Below the pieces are notes generated by a model. The model was not told the origin of the DNA, did not search any database, and worked only from the letters and a program-made list of their open reading frames with translations. Shown in pieces: positions 1 to 10,488 of a DNA stretch of 64,000 bases (within the stretch, counting starts at the first letter, position 1; each line of letters opens with the position of its first letter). A program made the translations under genes and the position numbers. The stretch is from Alphaproteobacteria bacterium. Lineage in GTDB: Bacteria; Pseudomonadota; Alphaproteobacteria; JAJTHO01; CANGXP01. The stretch spans positions 29,256 to 93,255 of the forward strand of contig CANGXP010000003.1 in assembly GCA_947457935.1 (NCBI GenBank), read 5' to 3'.

Positions 1-461
1 TCGGCATCATCAGTTAAATATCCTGCTGGTATGCAGTTTTCAATAATAGAACGGATGGCAGTATCATTTTGAAAATCAGAAAAACTAATGTCTTTCATTG
101 ATTTTGCCACAGAGGATAATATCTCAGCGGTAGTAGTTTTATTTTTTCCTTCTAGCAAACCGTAGGAGCGTTCTTTTAATCCAGTTCTCTCAATGAGAGG
201 AAGATTTTTTAGCCCTAAAATTTCAAGTGTAATTTGTGCCGTTCTTTGTGCACGTACAAGATCAGATGTAAAAACAGTGTCAATCTGCAAGTTATTATCT
301 TGTAAATATGCGTTCAAGTTATTCGCGCCAATTTTGGCTTCTAACTCGCCTTGCTCTGTCAAATAAACATCGAGAAAACCAGAGTAAAAATTCTGTTCAT
401 TGCCAACACTTTGACCGTGACGCACAATAATAAGCCGTCCAACAATATTCTCTTTTTCCAT
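1..461 (-). CDS. Histidine phosphatase / cofactor-dependent phosphoglycerate mutase family protein (runs off the window edge)
   Basis: Manual translation from ATG at 461: MEKENIVGRLIIVRHGQSVGNEQNFYSGFLDVYLTEQG...FTSDLVRAQRT...LKERSYGLLEGKNK. RHG, SDLxRA and ERxYG motifs of GpmA-like proteins; GAGGA RBS. Not in the ORF track. Confidence 0.85.
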   Translation of the reverse strand, partial: MEKENIVGRLIIVRHGQSVGNEQNFYSGFLDVYLTEQGELEAKIGANNLNAYLQDNNLQIDTVFTSDLVRAQRTAQITLEILGLKNLPLIERTGLKERSYGLLEGKNKTTTAEILSSVAKSMKDISFSDFQNDTAIRSIIENCIPAGYLTDDA

Positions 462-528
462 AAAATCCTCAATAATGTTCTACTATAAAGTTTATATAAT
501 ATGATTGTATATAAATAGAAAGATATTT

Positions 529-2139
529 TTAATGCCTAAAATGCCGCACCCCTGTAAACACCATCGCGGCACCGTGTGCATCTGCCGCTGCAATTACCTC
601 AGCATCGCGGATGCTGCCCCCCGGTTGGATAACAGCGGTTACGCCTGCTGCCATCGCGGTAAGTAGTCCATCTGCAAACGGGAAGAACGCATCACTCGCC
701 ACCACTGCCCCTTTGATGGGAGAGACATCCACACCCGCGTTGTGGGCAATGTCTTGCGCCTTTTGCACGGCAATACGAGCGGCATCAACACGGCTCATTT
801 GCCCTGCACCAATGCCAACAGTTGCATGGCTTTTAGCATAGACAATCGCATTGGATTTCACATATTTTGCCACCTGAAAGGCGAACAGCAAATCTTCCAT
901 TTCGCGGCTGTCAGGCTGGCGTTTTGTCACCACTTTAAGGTCTGCCTCATTAAACAATAAGGCATCACGGGTTTGCAGTAAAAAGCCCCCCGCAACAGGC
1001 TTCATAATCAAACTTTTTTGTGTGGCATCGGGCATACCGTTTGTCACCAAAACACGCACATTTTTCTTGGCACTGAGAATGATTTGCGCTTCATAAGAAA
1101 CGCTCGGTGCAATAATAACCTCGAGGAAAATTTGGCTCAGTTCGTTGGCAAGATTTTTATCTAACTCCCGATTCACCGCCACAATCCCGCCGAAGGCACT
1201 GGTGGGGTCACACGCTAAGGCTTTGCGATAGGCATCCGTGAGATTTTTTGCAACCGCCACGCCACACGGGTTAGCGTGCTTGACAATCACCACAGCAGGG
1301 TCGCTAAATTCTGCGACTAATTCAAATGCTGCATCCGTATCATTGATATTATTATAGCTCAATTCTTTGCCCTGCAACTGGGTGGCATTCACCACGCCAA
1401 ACGCCTTGCTGTCTGTGCGGTATAGAGCCGCCTCTTGATGCGGGTTTTCGCCATAACGCAAACTCTCTGTGCGCGTGCCTGCCGCAAAATAGGTTTTTGG
1501 CAGGGTGTCATTCAGGCGTTTGGCGAAGGCATCGGCAATCATTGCATCATACTGTGCGGTGTGTTGGAAGGCTTCTTGAGCAAGACGTTTGCGGAGGAAG
1601 AAATCCGTTCCGCCGCCGTGTTGCGCAAGTGCGTCTAACACGTCTTGATATTGGGTGGGCGAGGTTACCACCGTTACATCGTTATAATTTTTGGCGGCAG
1701 CGCGAATCATCGCGGGCCCCCCAACATCAATCTGCTCCACGCAAGCAGGCCAGCTTTGCCCCGATTGATACGTTGCCGCAAACGGATAGAGATTCACCAC
1801 AACCAAATCAATCATGCTGATTTTGTGTTTTTCAAGGGCTTGCTGATGCAGTGCATCGCCACGTTTAGCAAGAATACCTGCATGAATAGCAGGGTGCAGC
1901 GTTTTAACGCGCCCATCAAGAATTTCAGGAAAACGGGTTGTCTCTGCCACCTCTGTAACATCAACACCTGCTTGTTGCAGTGATTTTGCCGTGCCGCCTG
2001 TGGAAACAATTTCAATGCCTAACGCACGAAGGGCGGTTGCAAATTCAAGCAAACCGTCTTTGTCAGAGACAGATAGCAACGCCCGTTTGATGGGGTGCGG
2101 GGCTGCATGTCTCAGGTTTACGCTTTCTGTAATACCCAT
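529..2139 (-). CDS. purH: Bifunctional AICAR transformylase/IMP cyclohydrolase
   Basis: [33 protein letters not shown] and C-terminal RHFRH motifs. Confidence 0.98.
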   Translation of the reverse strand: MGITESVNLRHAAPHPIKRALLSVSDKDGLLEFATALRALGIEIVSTGGTAKSLQQAGVDVTEVAETTRFPEILDGRVKTLHPAIHAGILAKRGDALHQQALEKHKISMIDLVVVNLYPFAATYQSGQSWPACVEQIDVGGPAMIRAAAKNYNDVTVVTSPTQYQDVLDALAQHGGGTDFFLRKRLAQEAFQHTAQYDAMIADAFAKRLNDTLPKTYFAAGTRTESLRYGENPHQEAALYRTDSKAFGVVNATQLQGKELSYNNINDTDAAFELVAEFSDPAVVIVKHANPCGVAVAKNLTDAYRKALACDPTSAFGGIVAVNRELDKNLANELSQIFLEVIIAPSVSYEAQIILSAKKNVRVLVTNGMPDATQKSLIMKPVAGGFLLQTRDALLFNEADLKVVTKRQPDSREMEDLLFAFQVAKYVKSNAIVYAKSHATVGIGAGQMSRVDAARIAVQKAQDIAHNAGVDVSPIKGAVVASDAFFPFADGLLTAMAAGVTAVIQPGGSIRDAEVIAAADAHGAAMVFTGVRHFRH

Positions 2140-3782
2140 TTGAATACCGTTTTCACTTCACTGGTTTTGCCCTGCACAACAATTTGTTTTGTGTCAAGAC
2201 GTGCGCCACTGTGGCAGAAATACACACTTTCTGCAAGTGTTATTGTCCCTGAAAACGCTTGGAATGTCCATAAATCGCGGCTGGGTAAGTCAAGGTACAC
2301 CTTGTTTTTCCCTTGTTCATACACTGCGCGAATGTGTGGGTGAAGGTGAAAACGCAAGGTTATTTCTTGGTGTCCCTGTCCTTCGAGGATATCTTCCCCT
2401 GTGATATGCTCGCCGTTATCAGTCATCATAATTTTGCGGGTGTGCACAATGCCAAAACGCCGCGCATAGCCATCATGCGTGACTTCTAAATGGGCGTTGG
2501 GCGCAAGGGCATCACGGTTGATAGTGACGTTAGGTGAAGACCCTGTGCCTGTGTTGTTTAACGTTAATCCTGAATGGGCAGCAGATTGTTGCAGGGCTTG
2601 TTGCCAAGTTGCATTCAGCAGGGGGGATACGCCGCAACTGGTAATAATTTTCTCTTTGCCCACCGTCATTTCAAAGGCAAGCGTGCTTTCACACAAGGGT
2701 AGACTTGCATAGTGTTGGGTGGCGGCAGTATCCAACAGCACGGTGGTGATGCCTGCCTGCATTTTTTGTAGCCCTAGTGCTTGCCGCCGCCCTTGGATAT
2801 ACGCCTTGCTGTCGGCAATGCTGAGGAGGGTATCAAGCAATTCGCGTCGCTCAAAGCCACTGCCATGAAACTGTGGCATCATCCCATTACCAAGGCGAAT
2901 AAAGCGGAGCACATCCACCATTTTTTCGATGGTTTGTTGTAAGAACAGTGGCACACCGATGCCTTGCCCATGACACAGAGCGCGAATGTCTAATACATCC
3001 CGCAACACGCGGATATGCAAGGCGGGTACGTTGCTTTTGTGGCTGCCATCATCGGCTATTTGGGTGGTGATGAGTTCTTCCAATAAAGGCAAACTGGCAA
3101 CAAAGCCGCCGCGAAAATCTTCTAAACAGGCATAGCCATAGAGAATGCCTTTCAGCACAACAAAACGGCGTTCATCATCAGGTAAAGCGGCGTATTGATG
3201 CCGCAATATATGCAAGTGAACGGTGAGGGCGCGTTCCAGTAATAAGCGCACGGTTCTGTCACTGCTTGCGCCAAAAAAACTATAGTGCGAAAACCATTGC
3301 ACCATCCGCATCGCGGTGATGTCTGCTGCCCATGCGGGGTGGTTTAAATCTTTGTGGGTTTTAATCCATGAAACAACCAGATTCCGCGCCTTAGCCCGTG
3401 CCTGATTCCCGCCCAATGTGTGCAAGTCACGCAACCACGCAAAGCGATGCACCCCCACAGGAAGTGGGGTTTCGCGGGGCACTTGCCACGGATTATCTGA
3501 AAAAGACCATTCCTCATTGCTCACCCGCAACGTGCCCTCAACCAATTTCTGCCCGATGGTTAGAGAACCTGCCCACGGATCAAGCGGGAAAATGGCGACC
3601 TTGCTGCTTTTGCGGGTGCGCAGCCAGAGAGAATACAAAGCGGTATGGCGATAGCGTTGTGCTCTAAGTGCCATGGCGCGAGGCAGCACAAGAAGAGGGA
3701 GTTTTGCTGTTATCACGCTTTGGGATACGGGCGCAATAACCGTGGTATCATCATCCTCTGAGGGCTTTAATATTGGCTGCAT
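2118..3782 (-). CDS. Heparinase II/III family protein
   Basis: [41 protein letters not shown]; usual alphaproteobacterial position between rpe and purH. Start moved to the ATG at 3782. Confidence 0.85.
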   Translation of the reverse strand: MQPILKPSEDDDTTVIAPVSQSVITAKLPLLVLPRAMALRAQRYRHTALYSLWLRTRKSSKVAIFPLDPWAGSLTIGQKLVEGTLRVSNEEWSFSDNPWQVPRETPLPVGVHRFAWLRDLHTLGGNQARAKARNLVVSWIKTHKDLNHPAWAADITAMRMVQWFSHYSFFGASSDRTVRLLLERALTVHLHILRHQYAALPDDERRFVVLKGILYGYACLEDFRGGFVASLPLLEELITTQIADDGSHKSNVPALHIRVLRDVLDIRALCHGQGIGVPLFLQQTIEKMVDVLRFIRLGNGMMPQFHGSGFERRELLDTLLSIADSKAYIQGRRQALGLQKMQAGITTVLLDTAATQHYASLPLCESTLAFEMTVGKEKIITSCGVSPLLNATWQQALQQSAAHSGLTLNNTGTGSSPNVTINRDALAPNAHLEVTHDGYARRFGIVHTRKIMMTDNGEHITGEDILEGQGHQEITLRFHLHPHIRAVYEQGKNKVYLDLPSRDLWTFQAFSGTITLAESVYFCHSGARLDTKQIVVQGKTSEVKTVFKWVLQKA

Positions 3783-4407
3783 AGTGCGCCTCTCCCCCTG
3801 TGAAAGTTGCTGTTCCCGCAACGAGCACCGTTGCGCCTGCGTTAATAACATCCGCCGCATTATGCCGTGTAATGCCGCCGTCCACTTGTAAATCGGGCGA
3901 TAATCCTCGTTTGTCAAGGGCGGCGCGAATCGCGGCAATTTTCTCTAGTTGTGAGGGGATAAACGATTGTCCGCCAAATCCGGGATTAACGGACATCACC
4001 AGAATTAAGTCAACCTCTGCCCAAAGGTATTCTAACACGCTTATCGGCGTTGCGGGGTTTAGCGAAATACCTGCTTTTTTGCCAAACGATTTGATGAGTT
4101 GCAGGGTGCGGTGAACATGCGGTGTGGCTTCCGCATGAACGGTGATAATATCCGCGCCAGCATCCGCAAAATCTTTGATAAATCCGTCAACAGGCTGAAT
4201 CATCAAGTGCACATCAAGCGGTAATGTTGTGTGCGGACGTAAGGCTTTCACAACGGTTGCGCCGATGGTAATGTTCGGGACAAAATGCCCATCCATCACA
4301 TCAACGTGAATATAATCTGCGCCCGCTGCCTCAAGGGCGCGGATTTCCTCGCCCAGACGGGCAAAATCAGCAGAGAGAATCGACGGGGCAATTTTGATTG
4401 TTGTCAT
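3751..4407 (-). CDS. rpe: Ribulose-phosphate 3-epimerase
   Basis: [36 protein letters not shown]. Confidence 0.98.
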   Translation of the reverse strand: MTTIKIAPSILSADFARLGEEIRALEAAGADYIHVDVMDGHFVPNITIGATVVKALRPHTTLPLDVHLMIQPVDGFIKDFADAGADIITVHAEATPHVHRTLQLIKSFGKKAGISLNPATPISVLEYLWAEVDLILVMSVNPGFGGQSFIPSQLEKIAAIRAALDKRGLSPDLQVDGGITRHNAADVINAGATVLVAGTATFTGGEAHYAANIKALRG

Positions 4408-4421
4408 GGTTTGTCGTATGT

Positions 4422-4505
4422 GATTGCTCTGTGTGTCATCCCCTCGAAAGAGGGAATCCAGAATTACTTAGGAAGACTGGATTCCCGCCTGCGCGGGAAT
4501 GACAC
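4422..4505. repeat. REP/RPE-like palindromic doublet, family A copy 1
   Basis: GTGTCATCCCCTCGAAAGAGGGAATCCAG...CTGGATTCCCGCCTGCGCGGGAATGACAC; close relative in reverse orientation at 39457-39539. Confidence 0.9.
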
Positions 4506-4538
4506 GTCGTTAAGTGTTGTTGATATGGTTAAAAGTGC

Positions 4539-5861
4539 TTAGCTTCTTCTCACCAACCGAGCCGCATAGAACCCATCCATACCGCCCTTATTGGGAAGAT
4601 AGCACGGTAATGTTCTCAGGTCACCTGTAGAATTTAAAAATGCGCTGTAGGGTGCTTCTTCGTTGGGTTCTGGGGCAATGCGTGCAAAATTGGTATTCAT
4701 GGAGAGAAAATGCTCCACCACATCTTCCCCTTCTTCGGGCAAAAGAGAGCACGTTGCATAGACAAGGATACCACCCACTTTAAGGAAAGTTGCGGCTTTT
4801 GCTATCATGGTTTTTTGTAAGTCTTGCAAAACGGGAATATCAGCTGATTGCTTGTGCCATGCCACATCAGGGTGACGGCGCAACGTACCCGTTGCACTGC
4901 ACGGCGCATCGAGCAACACCGCATCCACCAGCGCATCAGGCTGCCAATTCAGCATATCAACCCATTTCACCGTAATTTTTGAAAATACACCCATGCGCCG
5001 CGCATTTTCCATCAGGCGTTTTGCGCGAGGTTCGCTCGATTCAACGGCGATGACAGTTGCGCCTGCTTTGGCAAGCTGGACGCTTTTCCCCCCCGGTGCG
5101 GCGCATAAATCAATAACCGTTTTTCCTGTTAAATCCGTGCCGAATAACAGGGTGGGGAGGGATGCCGCCACATCTTGCACTTGCCATGCACCCTCTGAGA
5201 AGCCCGGCAGAACATCTATTTTATCCGCGCTTTGTAAGCGGAGGGTGCGTTCGTTAAGAATGTCGCCCGCTAAGCGACGTGCCCAGTCCTCCTGTACGCC
5301 AAAACAAGTGAGGTCAAGCGGCGGGATTGCAAGCTGTGCGGCAACGATTTTATCCGTTGTCTCGATACCATACGCCTGTTGCAGCTTGGTGAGTAGCCAT
5401 GCAGGCAGCAGATTTTCTGGCGTTGTATAGCGCTGTTGGATGCTTTCCGCATCTGCCAGAATTTTCCGCATGATGGCATTACCCAACCCTGCCAGCCCCA
5501 CAAAGCGTTTTTTCTTGAGCAGTTCAACTGTGTTTGAAGCAACAGCATAATCAGGGGTTTTAAGGAAAATCCCTTCTGCAATCCCCAAAAGTAAAATAAA
5601 ATGCGCCACTTCGGTTTTTTTCGGCAAGGGTTTCTGGAGGTGGGCGGAAAGAATGGCATTCAGTGCCCCATAATAGCGCACTGTTGTCGTGACCAACATC
5701 CGCACAAACGCACGATTATCAGGGGATAAGCGTTGAAACTCGCGTATTTCTAGGGCTTCTTGTAAAGGGGTACGCTCCGTAAAAAGACGCAATAATATTG
5801 CTAGTGCAACTTGGCGCGGCACAAGAGTAACAGCAGGTTTTTTAGGCGTGGTTTTTTGCAT
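4539..5861 (-). CDS. rsmB: RsmB/NOP2 family 16S rRNA m5C methyltransferase with N-terminal NusB-like domain
   Basis: VQD, DLCAAPGGKS, DAPCSATGT, YATCSL motifs. Confidence 0.93.
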   Translation of the reverse strand: MQKTTPKKPAVTLVPRQVALAILLRLFTERTPLQEALEIREFQRLSPDNRAFVRMLVTTTVRYYGALNAILSAHLQKPLPKKTEVAHFILLLGIAEGIFLKTPDYAVASNTVELLKKKRFVGLAGLGNAIMRKILADAESIQQRYTTPENLLPAWLLTKLQQAYGIETTDKIVAAQLAIPPLDLTCFGVQEDWARRLAGDILNERTLRLQSADKIDVLPGFSEGAWQVQDVAASLPTLLFGTDLTGKTVIDLCAAPGGKSVQLAKAGATVIAVESSEPRAKRLMENARRMGVFSKITVKWVDMLNWQPDALVDAVLLDAPCSATGTLRRHPDVAWHKQSADIPVLQDLQKTMIAKAATFLKVGGILVYATCSLLPEEGEDVVEHFLSMNTNFARIAPEPNEEAPYSAFLNSTGDLRTLPCYLPNKGGMDGFYAARLVRRS

Positions 5862-5912
5862 TTGTTCGGACTATATATTAAAAATAAAGTCTTTTACACG
5901 AAAGTACGCGAT

Positions 5913-6089
5913 ATGACCACGGAAAAAGCAAAGAATACCGAGAAAGAGCAGGAGGCACCCTTGATTGCACTGCCGTCTGATGATGAGGGGGAGTCTGATG
6001 CACCAAAAGAATATGGCGGGCGTAAAAAAGGTTTAGACGCAACGCGCTATGGCGATTGGGAGAAGGATGGTCGGGCGATTGATTTTTAG
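5913..6089 (+). CDS. DUF1674 / SdhAF4-like small protein
   Basis: PKEYGG...TRYGDWEKDGRAIDF signature; divergent from rsmB. Confidence 0.9.
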   Translation: MTTEKAKNTEKEQEAPLIALPSDDEGESDAPKEYGGRKKGLDATRYGDWEKDGRAIDF

Positions 6090-6143
6090 ATTGACGATAG
6101 CACGTTGAATCGCCAAAATAATCTCCTTATCAAAAGGTATTTT

Positions 6144-6755
6144 ATGCAAAAATTTACGACTTTACAGGGCATTGTTGCGCCCTTGCCGATGATGAATGTC
6201 GACACCGACATGATTATTCCGAAGCAATTTCTGAAAACCATTAAGCGTACAGGGCTTGGCGCGAATCTGTTCCACGAAATGCGCTTTGATTATAACGGCG
6301 CACCGATTGCGGATTTTGTGTTGAACAAACCAGCCTATACCAAAGCAGAAATTCTGGTCAGCGGCGCGAATTTTGGTTGTGGTTCCAGCCGCGAACATGC
6401 ACCGTGGGCGTTGCTGGATTATGGGATTCGCTGTGTCATCGCGTCCAGCTTTGCTGATATTTTTTATAACAACTGTTTCAAGAATGGGATTCTCCCCATC
6501 GTACTGGATGCAGCGATTGTTGATACGCTTGCTGTTCAAGCCGCAACGGAGGGCACAACTTTCACGATTGATTTGCCTGCCCAAACAATCACCGATGCTT
6601 TAGGCAAAACCATTCCCTTTACCGTGGATGCCTTCCGTAAAAAATGTCTGCTAGAGGGCTTAGATGATATTGGTTTGACGCTGCAAAACGAGGAAAAAAT
6701 CACCGCGTTTGAACAGCAGAGTAAGCAGCAAAAGCCTTGGTTGTGGGCGGCTTAG
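6144..6755 (+). CDS. leuD: 3-isopropylmalate dehydratase small subunit
   Basis: [37 protein letters not shown]. Confidence 0.98.
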   Translation: MQKFTTLQGIVAPLPMMNVDTDMIIPKQFLKTIKRTGLGANLFHEMRFDYNGAPIADFVLNKPAYTKAEILVSGANFGCGSSREHAPWALLDYGIRCVIASSFADIFYNNCFKNGILPIVLDAAIVDTLAVQAATEGTTFTIDLPAQTITDALGKTIPFTVDAFRKKCLLEGLDDIGLTLQNEEKITAFEQQSKQQKPWLWAA

Positions 6756-6767
6756 GTTCATAATCAC

Positions 6768-6794
6768 TTGACTTATTGTTATCTATAGTTTACA
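6768..6794 (+). promoter_or_regulatory. Toxin-antitoxin promoter -35 with near-palindromic operator
   Basis: TTGACT at 6768-6773, then imperfect palindrome TGTTATCTATAGTTTACA at 6777-6794 just before the toxin ATG. Confidence 0.55.
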
Positions 6795-6800
6795 TTTTTT

Positions 6801-7124
6801 ATGGATGTTAAGATTTTTCGTACTGTTCAAGGGCAAGAGCCTTTTACAGATTGGCTGTTATCGCTTCGGAATAAAATAGAGCAGGCACGCATTAGGCAAC
6901 GACTTGATAGAGTAAGTGCGGGCAATTTGGGTGATTATAAGACCGTAGGGGATGGTGTGTTTGAGCTAAGATTCTTGTTTGGGGCAGGCTATCGCGTTTA
7001 TTTCGGATTTGTTGAAGGCAGGGTTATTCTGTTGTTGGGTGGGGGAGATAAAGCAACCCAAAATCGCGACATTGAAAAAGCAAAAGCACATTGGCAGGAA
7101 TATCAACATGGACAATTTTCGTGA
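6801..7124 (+). CDS. RelE/ParE/HigB-family toxin (addiction module killer protein)
   Basis: GNLGDYKTVGDGVFELRFLFGAGYRVYF, LLLGGGDKATQNRDIEKAK. Confidence 0.92.
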   Translation: MDVKIFRTVQGQEPFTDWLLSLRNKIEQARIRQRLDRVSAGNLGDYKTVGDGVFELRFLFGAGYRVYFGFVEGRVILLLGGGDKATQNRDIEKAKAHWQEYQHGQFS

Positions 7125-7425
7125 TTTTAGAGCGTTAAATCTTTCTTTGCTGCGTGAGCCAGAAGATGCGAACGTGTATCTTCAGGTTGCGCTTGAGGAG
7201 TATGAAAATACAGGGGATACAGATGCTTTATTAAGTGTTCTGCGTGATGTAACGGAAGCGCAAGGTGGTATGACGCAAATGGCACAGAAAATCAATCGGA
7301 GTCGTCAAAGTCTTTACAAGGCTCTTTCGCCAAAAGGAAATCCACGACTTGACACCTTTTTGTTGCTGTTGCATGCTTTGGGGCTTCGTTTGGCAATTGA
7401 ACCACAACGAGCCACTTTGAAATAA
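7108..7425 (+). CDS. HTH addiction module antidote protein
   Basis: AQGGMTQMAQKINRSRQSLYKALSPKGNPRLDT HTH; overlaps the toxin stop. Start moved to the ATG at 7108. Confidence 0.92.
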   Translation: MDNFRDFRALNLSLLREPEDANVYLQVALEEYENTGDTDALLSVLRDVTEAQGGMTQMAQKINRSRQSLYKALSPKGNPRLDTFLLLLHALGLRLAIEPQRATLK

Positions 7426-7440
7426 CCACGGACAAAAAAC

Positions 7441-8559
7441 ATGACAACACACTCCCTCCTCCTCCTCGCTGGCGATGGCATCGGCATTGAAACAATGCGG
7501 GAAACACGCCGCATTATTGACTGGTTTCAGCAGAAACGCGACTTGAAATTCAACATAGAAGAGGGGCTGGTGGGTGGCTCTTCCTATGATGCTCATGGCA
7601 CGCCGTTGACGGATGAAACATTGGCGCAAGCACAACAAAGTGGGGCGGTGTTATTTGGTGCTGTCGGTGGCGTAAAATGGGATGACTTGCCGTTTCATCT
7701 AAAGCCAGAGCAGGGCTTGTTGCGGCTTAGAAAAGAAATGCAGTTGTTTGCAAATTTGCGTCCCGCAACGGTGTTTGATGCGCTGGTGGATGCGTCCTCT
7801 TTGAAGCCGCATTTGGTGCGGGGCTTGGATATTCTGATTGTGCGCGAATTAACAGGCGGTGTGTATTTTGGGCAGCCTCGTGGCATTGAAATGCTTCCCG
7901 ATGGGCAGCAGCGTGGTGTGAATACCCAAGTATACACCACCAATGAAATTGTGCGAGTCGCGCGTGCGGCGTTTGACCTTGCGAAAAAACGGGGTAACAA
8001 AGTGTGCTCGGTGGAAAAATCGAACGTGATGGAAAGTGGCGCGTTATGGCGCAAGGTGGTGCAAGCGGTGCACGATGCGGAATACCCTGAGGTCGAACTC
8101 TCGCATATGTATGCCGATAATTGCGCGATGCAGTTGGTGCGTAATCCAAAGCAATTCGATGTGATTGTGACGGACAACCTGTTTGGTGATTTGCTTTCTG
8201 ATTGTGCGGCGATGCTCACAGGGTCTTTGGGCATGTTGCCATCGGCCTCCTTGGGTGCGCCTGATGAGACGGGTAAACGCAAAGCACTGTATGAGCCCGT
8301 ACATGGCAGTGCGCCTGATATTGCGGGTAAAAATGTGGCGAATCCGCTCGCAACGATTATGAGTTTTGCGATGTGCTTGCGGTATTCTTTCGGGCTGATT
8401 CCCGAAGCAGATTTGCTGGAAAAAGCGGTGAAAGATGTGCTAAGTCGCGGCTTCCGCACGGCGGATATTATGCAAGACGACATGCAAAAAGTAAGCACCA
8501 GTGAAATGGGCGATGTGTTGCTGAAAGCTTTGGAAGCCCTTGCCTTTGGTGAGTTTTAA
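7441..8559 (+). CDS. leuB: 3-isopropylmalate dehydrogenase
   Basis: [36 protein letters not shown]. Confidence 0.98.
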   Translation: MTTHSLLLLAGDGIGIETMRETRRIIDWFQQKRDLKFNIEEGLVGGSSYDAHGTPLTDETLAQAQQSGAVLFGAVGGVKWDDLPFHLKPEQGLLRLRKEMQLFANLRPATVFDALVDASSLKPHLVRGLDILIVRELTGGVYFGQPRGIEMLPDGQQRGVNTQVYTTNEIVRVARAAFDLAKKRGNKVCSVEKSNVMESGALWRKVVQAVHDAEYPEVELSHMYADNCAMQLVRNPKQFDVIVTDNLFGDLLSDCAAMLTGSLGMLPSASLGAPDETGKRKALYEPVHGSAPDIAGKNVANPLATIMSFAMCLRYSFGLIPEADLLEKAVKDVLSRGFRTADIMQDDMQKVSTSEMGDVLLKALEALAFGEF

Positions 8560-8810
8560 TGCCAACAGAAATCGTGGGACTCGTGGGCGGCACCCTCACC
8601 ACGTTGGCGTTCTTGCCGCAGGTGATCAAGATTCTGCAAACGAAAAACACGCATAGTATCTCGCTGACCATGTATCTTATTTATATTGTGGGAGTAGCGT
8701 GTTGGCTTGTCTATGGTATCTTACAGCAAGACAATATTATTGTTGGTTTTAACATCGGCAGTTTTGTGCTAGCGTTGGTGGTCATTGGCTGCAAACTAAA
8801 GTATAAATAA
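8559..8810 (+). CDS. SemiSWEET (PQ-loop) transporter
   Basis: TTLAFLPQVIK, ISLTMY, WLVYG; three TM helices; coupled to leuB by TAATG. Confidence 0.9.
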   Translation: MPTEIVGLVGGTLTTLAFLPQVIKILQTKNTHSISLTMYLIYIVGVACWLVYGILQQDNIIVGFNIGSFVLALVVIGCKLKYK

Positions 8811-8814
8811 ACAG

Positions 8815-9699
8815 ATGGTGCGTAAAAAAACTGCTATGAAGAAAAGTCGAGGGGTGCAAGACCCCTATGCGCCATCGATGCGTAATTTTCTGCTTTCTGC
8901 TGTGATTTTACCCATCTTAGGATATATCGGCAGTTTATATGTTGAGACAGTTAAAACCAACATTTTGGTGGAAACAGAACGCTTGCGTTCCGCAGAAGAA
9001 GCAAAAAACCAACTGTTGGATTACACGAATATTTTTGATTCGCGGCAAGTGGATGCAGCGTTAATTGCATCGGCTATTGATTATGATGCCCCGAGAGAGC
9101 AGCTTGATACGCGCTGGAGTGATTATCAAGCCACCTACAAAAAATACAATATTGCCATTGATAAGATAAACCAATCGATGACAGAATATTTAGGCTGGCA
9201 AACCCGTGATGTGCTGAATCCGTTTATTGATGGGTATATTGGCGGTACCTTTGCTGATATAGACGCGTGCCTGACGGATAGGTATTTCAGCAAAATTACC
9301 AACCGTGCTGAGGGAAAGCAGTGTGGAAATGTTAGCAACATTCAAAAGACCATAGAGAAGCTGAATGTGTGTACGAGTGCGTTTAGTATTGAGTTGCATA
9401 GCGCAACATCGGTGCAGCAAAAATTCCTAGAGCAGAACACACAAAAAGAAAACTTTTTCTCGAGAAGTTATTTCCAATCCCTTTTCTTTGCAGAAGACAG
9501 CACGCCGCGTAAAATCAAAGACGAGACGCACACCAGTGGCTATGCGGGTGTGGGCTATTGCGCCCCACAGGATTTTGCGTGTTTTCGGTTGCTAACGCGT
9601 GATGTGATGCGGGTGAATTTGTGCAGGGCGTGTGAAGGGTTGCAGCCAAAACGAGACGGGGTTTGTGCGGGCGTTAAGCCTGCTGCAGCAACGCTTTAA
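8815..9699 (+). CDS. Hypothetical membrane-anchored, cysteine-containing protein
   Basis: 294-aa ORF with one N-terminal TM segment and 8 Cys in the C-terminal half; no family recognised. Confidence 0.7.
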   Translation: MVRKKTAMKKSRGVQDPYAPSMRNFLLSAVILPILGYIGSLYVETVKTNILVETERLRSAEEAKNQLLDYTNIFDSRQVDAALIASAIDYDAPREQLDTRWSDYQATYKKYNIAIDKINQSMTEYLGWQTRDVLNPFIDGYIGGTFADIDACLTDRYFSKITNRAEGKQCGNVSNIQKTIEKLNVCTSAFSIELHSATSVQQKFLEQNTQKENFFSRSYFQSLFFAEDSTPRKIKDETHTSGYAGVGYCAPQDFACFRLLTRDVMRVNLCRACEGLQPKRDGVCAGVKPAAATL

Positions 9700-10273
9700 C
9701 GGGCGCAAAACTTCGCCGATGATGTTTTGTAATACCATACTGTTTTAAAGCAGCTCGATGCTGTGCGGTGGGGTATCCCGCATTGTCTGCCCAGCCATAA
9801 TGGGGGTGCATTTCATGCAATGCCTGCATGAGTGCATCACGATACACTTTGGCAACGATGCTGGCGGCAGCAATCGAACAACTTTTATCATCACCTTTCA
9901 CAACAGTAACAGCTTTGCAAGGTAATATTGGTGCTTTGTTGCCATCAATCAGTGCTACATCAGGGCGGATTGCTAGCCCTGTTACAGCCCGTTGCATCGC
10001 CAGCAGGCTGGCTTGTAGAATATTAAGCGTATCTATTTCAAAAATACTGGCTTCGGCAATGGAGACAATCGCGGTAGCATGAAGTTCTGCTGCAATCGCA
10101 ACGCGTCTGGCGTGGCTGAGTTTTTTAGAATCGCGCACTTGTGTTGCAATAGGAAGGGTAGGGTCAAGAATCACAGCCGCCGCAACAACACAGCCTGCAA
10201 GGGGGCCTCTGCCGACTTCATCAACGCCTGCGATGATACCTGTGTGTTGTTGTTCGAGGGAGAAATCGAGCAT
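9674..10273 (-). CDS. rnhB: Ribonuclease HII
   Basis: GVDEVGRGPLAG, DSKKL, KGD..SIAAASIVAKV, HRRSF. Confidence 0.97.
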   Translation of the reverse strand: MLDFSLEQQHTGIIAGVDEVGRGPLAGCVVAAAVILDPTLPIATQVRDSKKLSHARRVAIAAELHATAIVSIAEASIFEIDTLNILQASLLAMQRAVTGLAIRPDVALIDGNKAPILPCKAVTVVKGDDKSCSIAAASIVAKVYRDALMQALHEMHPHYGWADNAGYPTAQHRAALKQYGITKHHRRSFAPVKALLQQA

Positions 10274-10488
10274 GGCAGGATATATAGTTGCATTTTTGCC
10301 AAGAGGCTATAGTATTTCCTCATGAACGTATGATAAAACATATGCAGGCGAAGGATTTTTGAGGAATTTTTAGGCAGAAAAGCGGGAAAAAGCGGAGTGT
10401 ATTTAAGATACATGAGCATTTTGAGCGATTTTCTAACGACAAAATTACCGAAAAGACAAGCGCTGCTTATGTTCTTTAGGATTTCTGT

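Noticed and set aside
2118..3782. Heparinase-like gene as a novel acquisition
   Set aside because: It is a routine member of the rsmB-rpe-heparinase-purH cluster in alphaproteobacteria.
10274..10488. Possible oriC upstream of dnaN
   Set aside because: AT-rich, but no clear TTATCCACA-type DnaA boxes and no dnaA or hemE adjacent.
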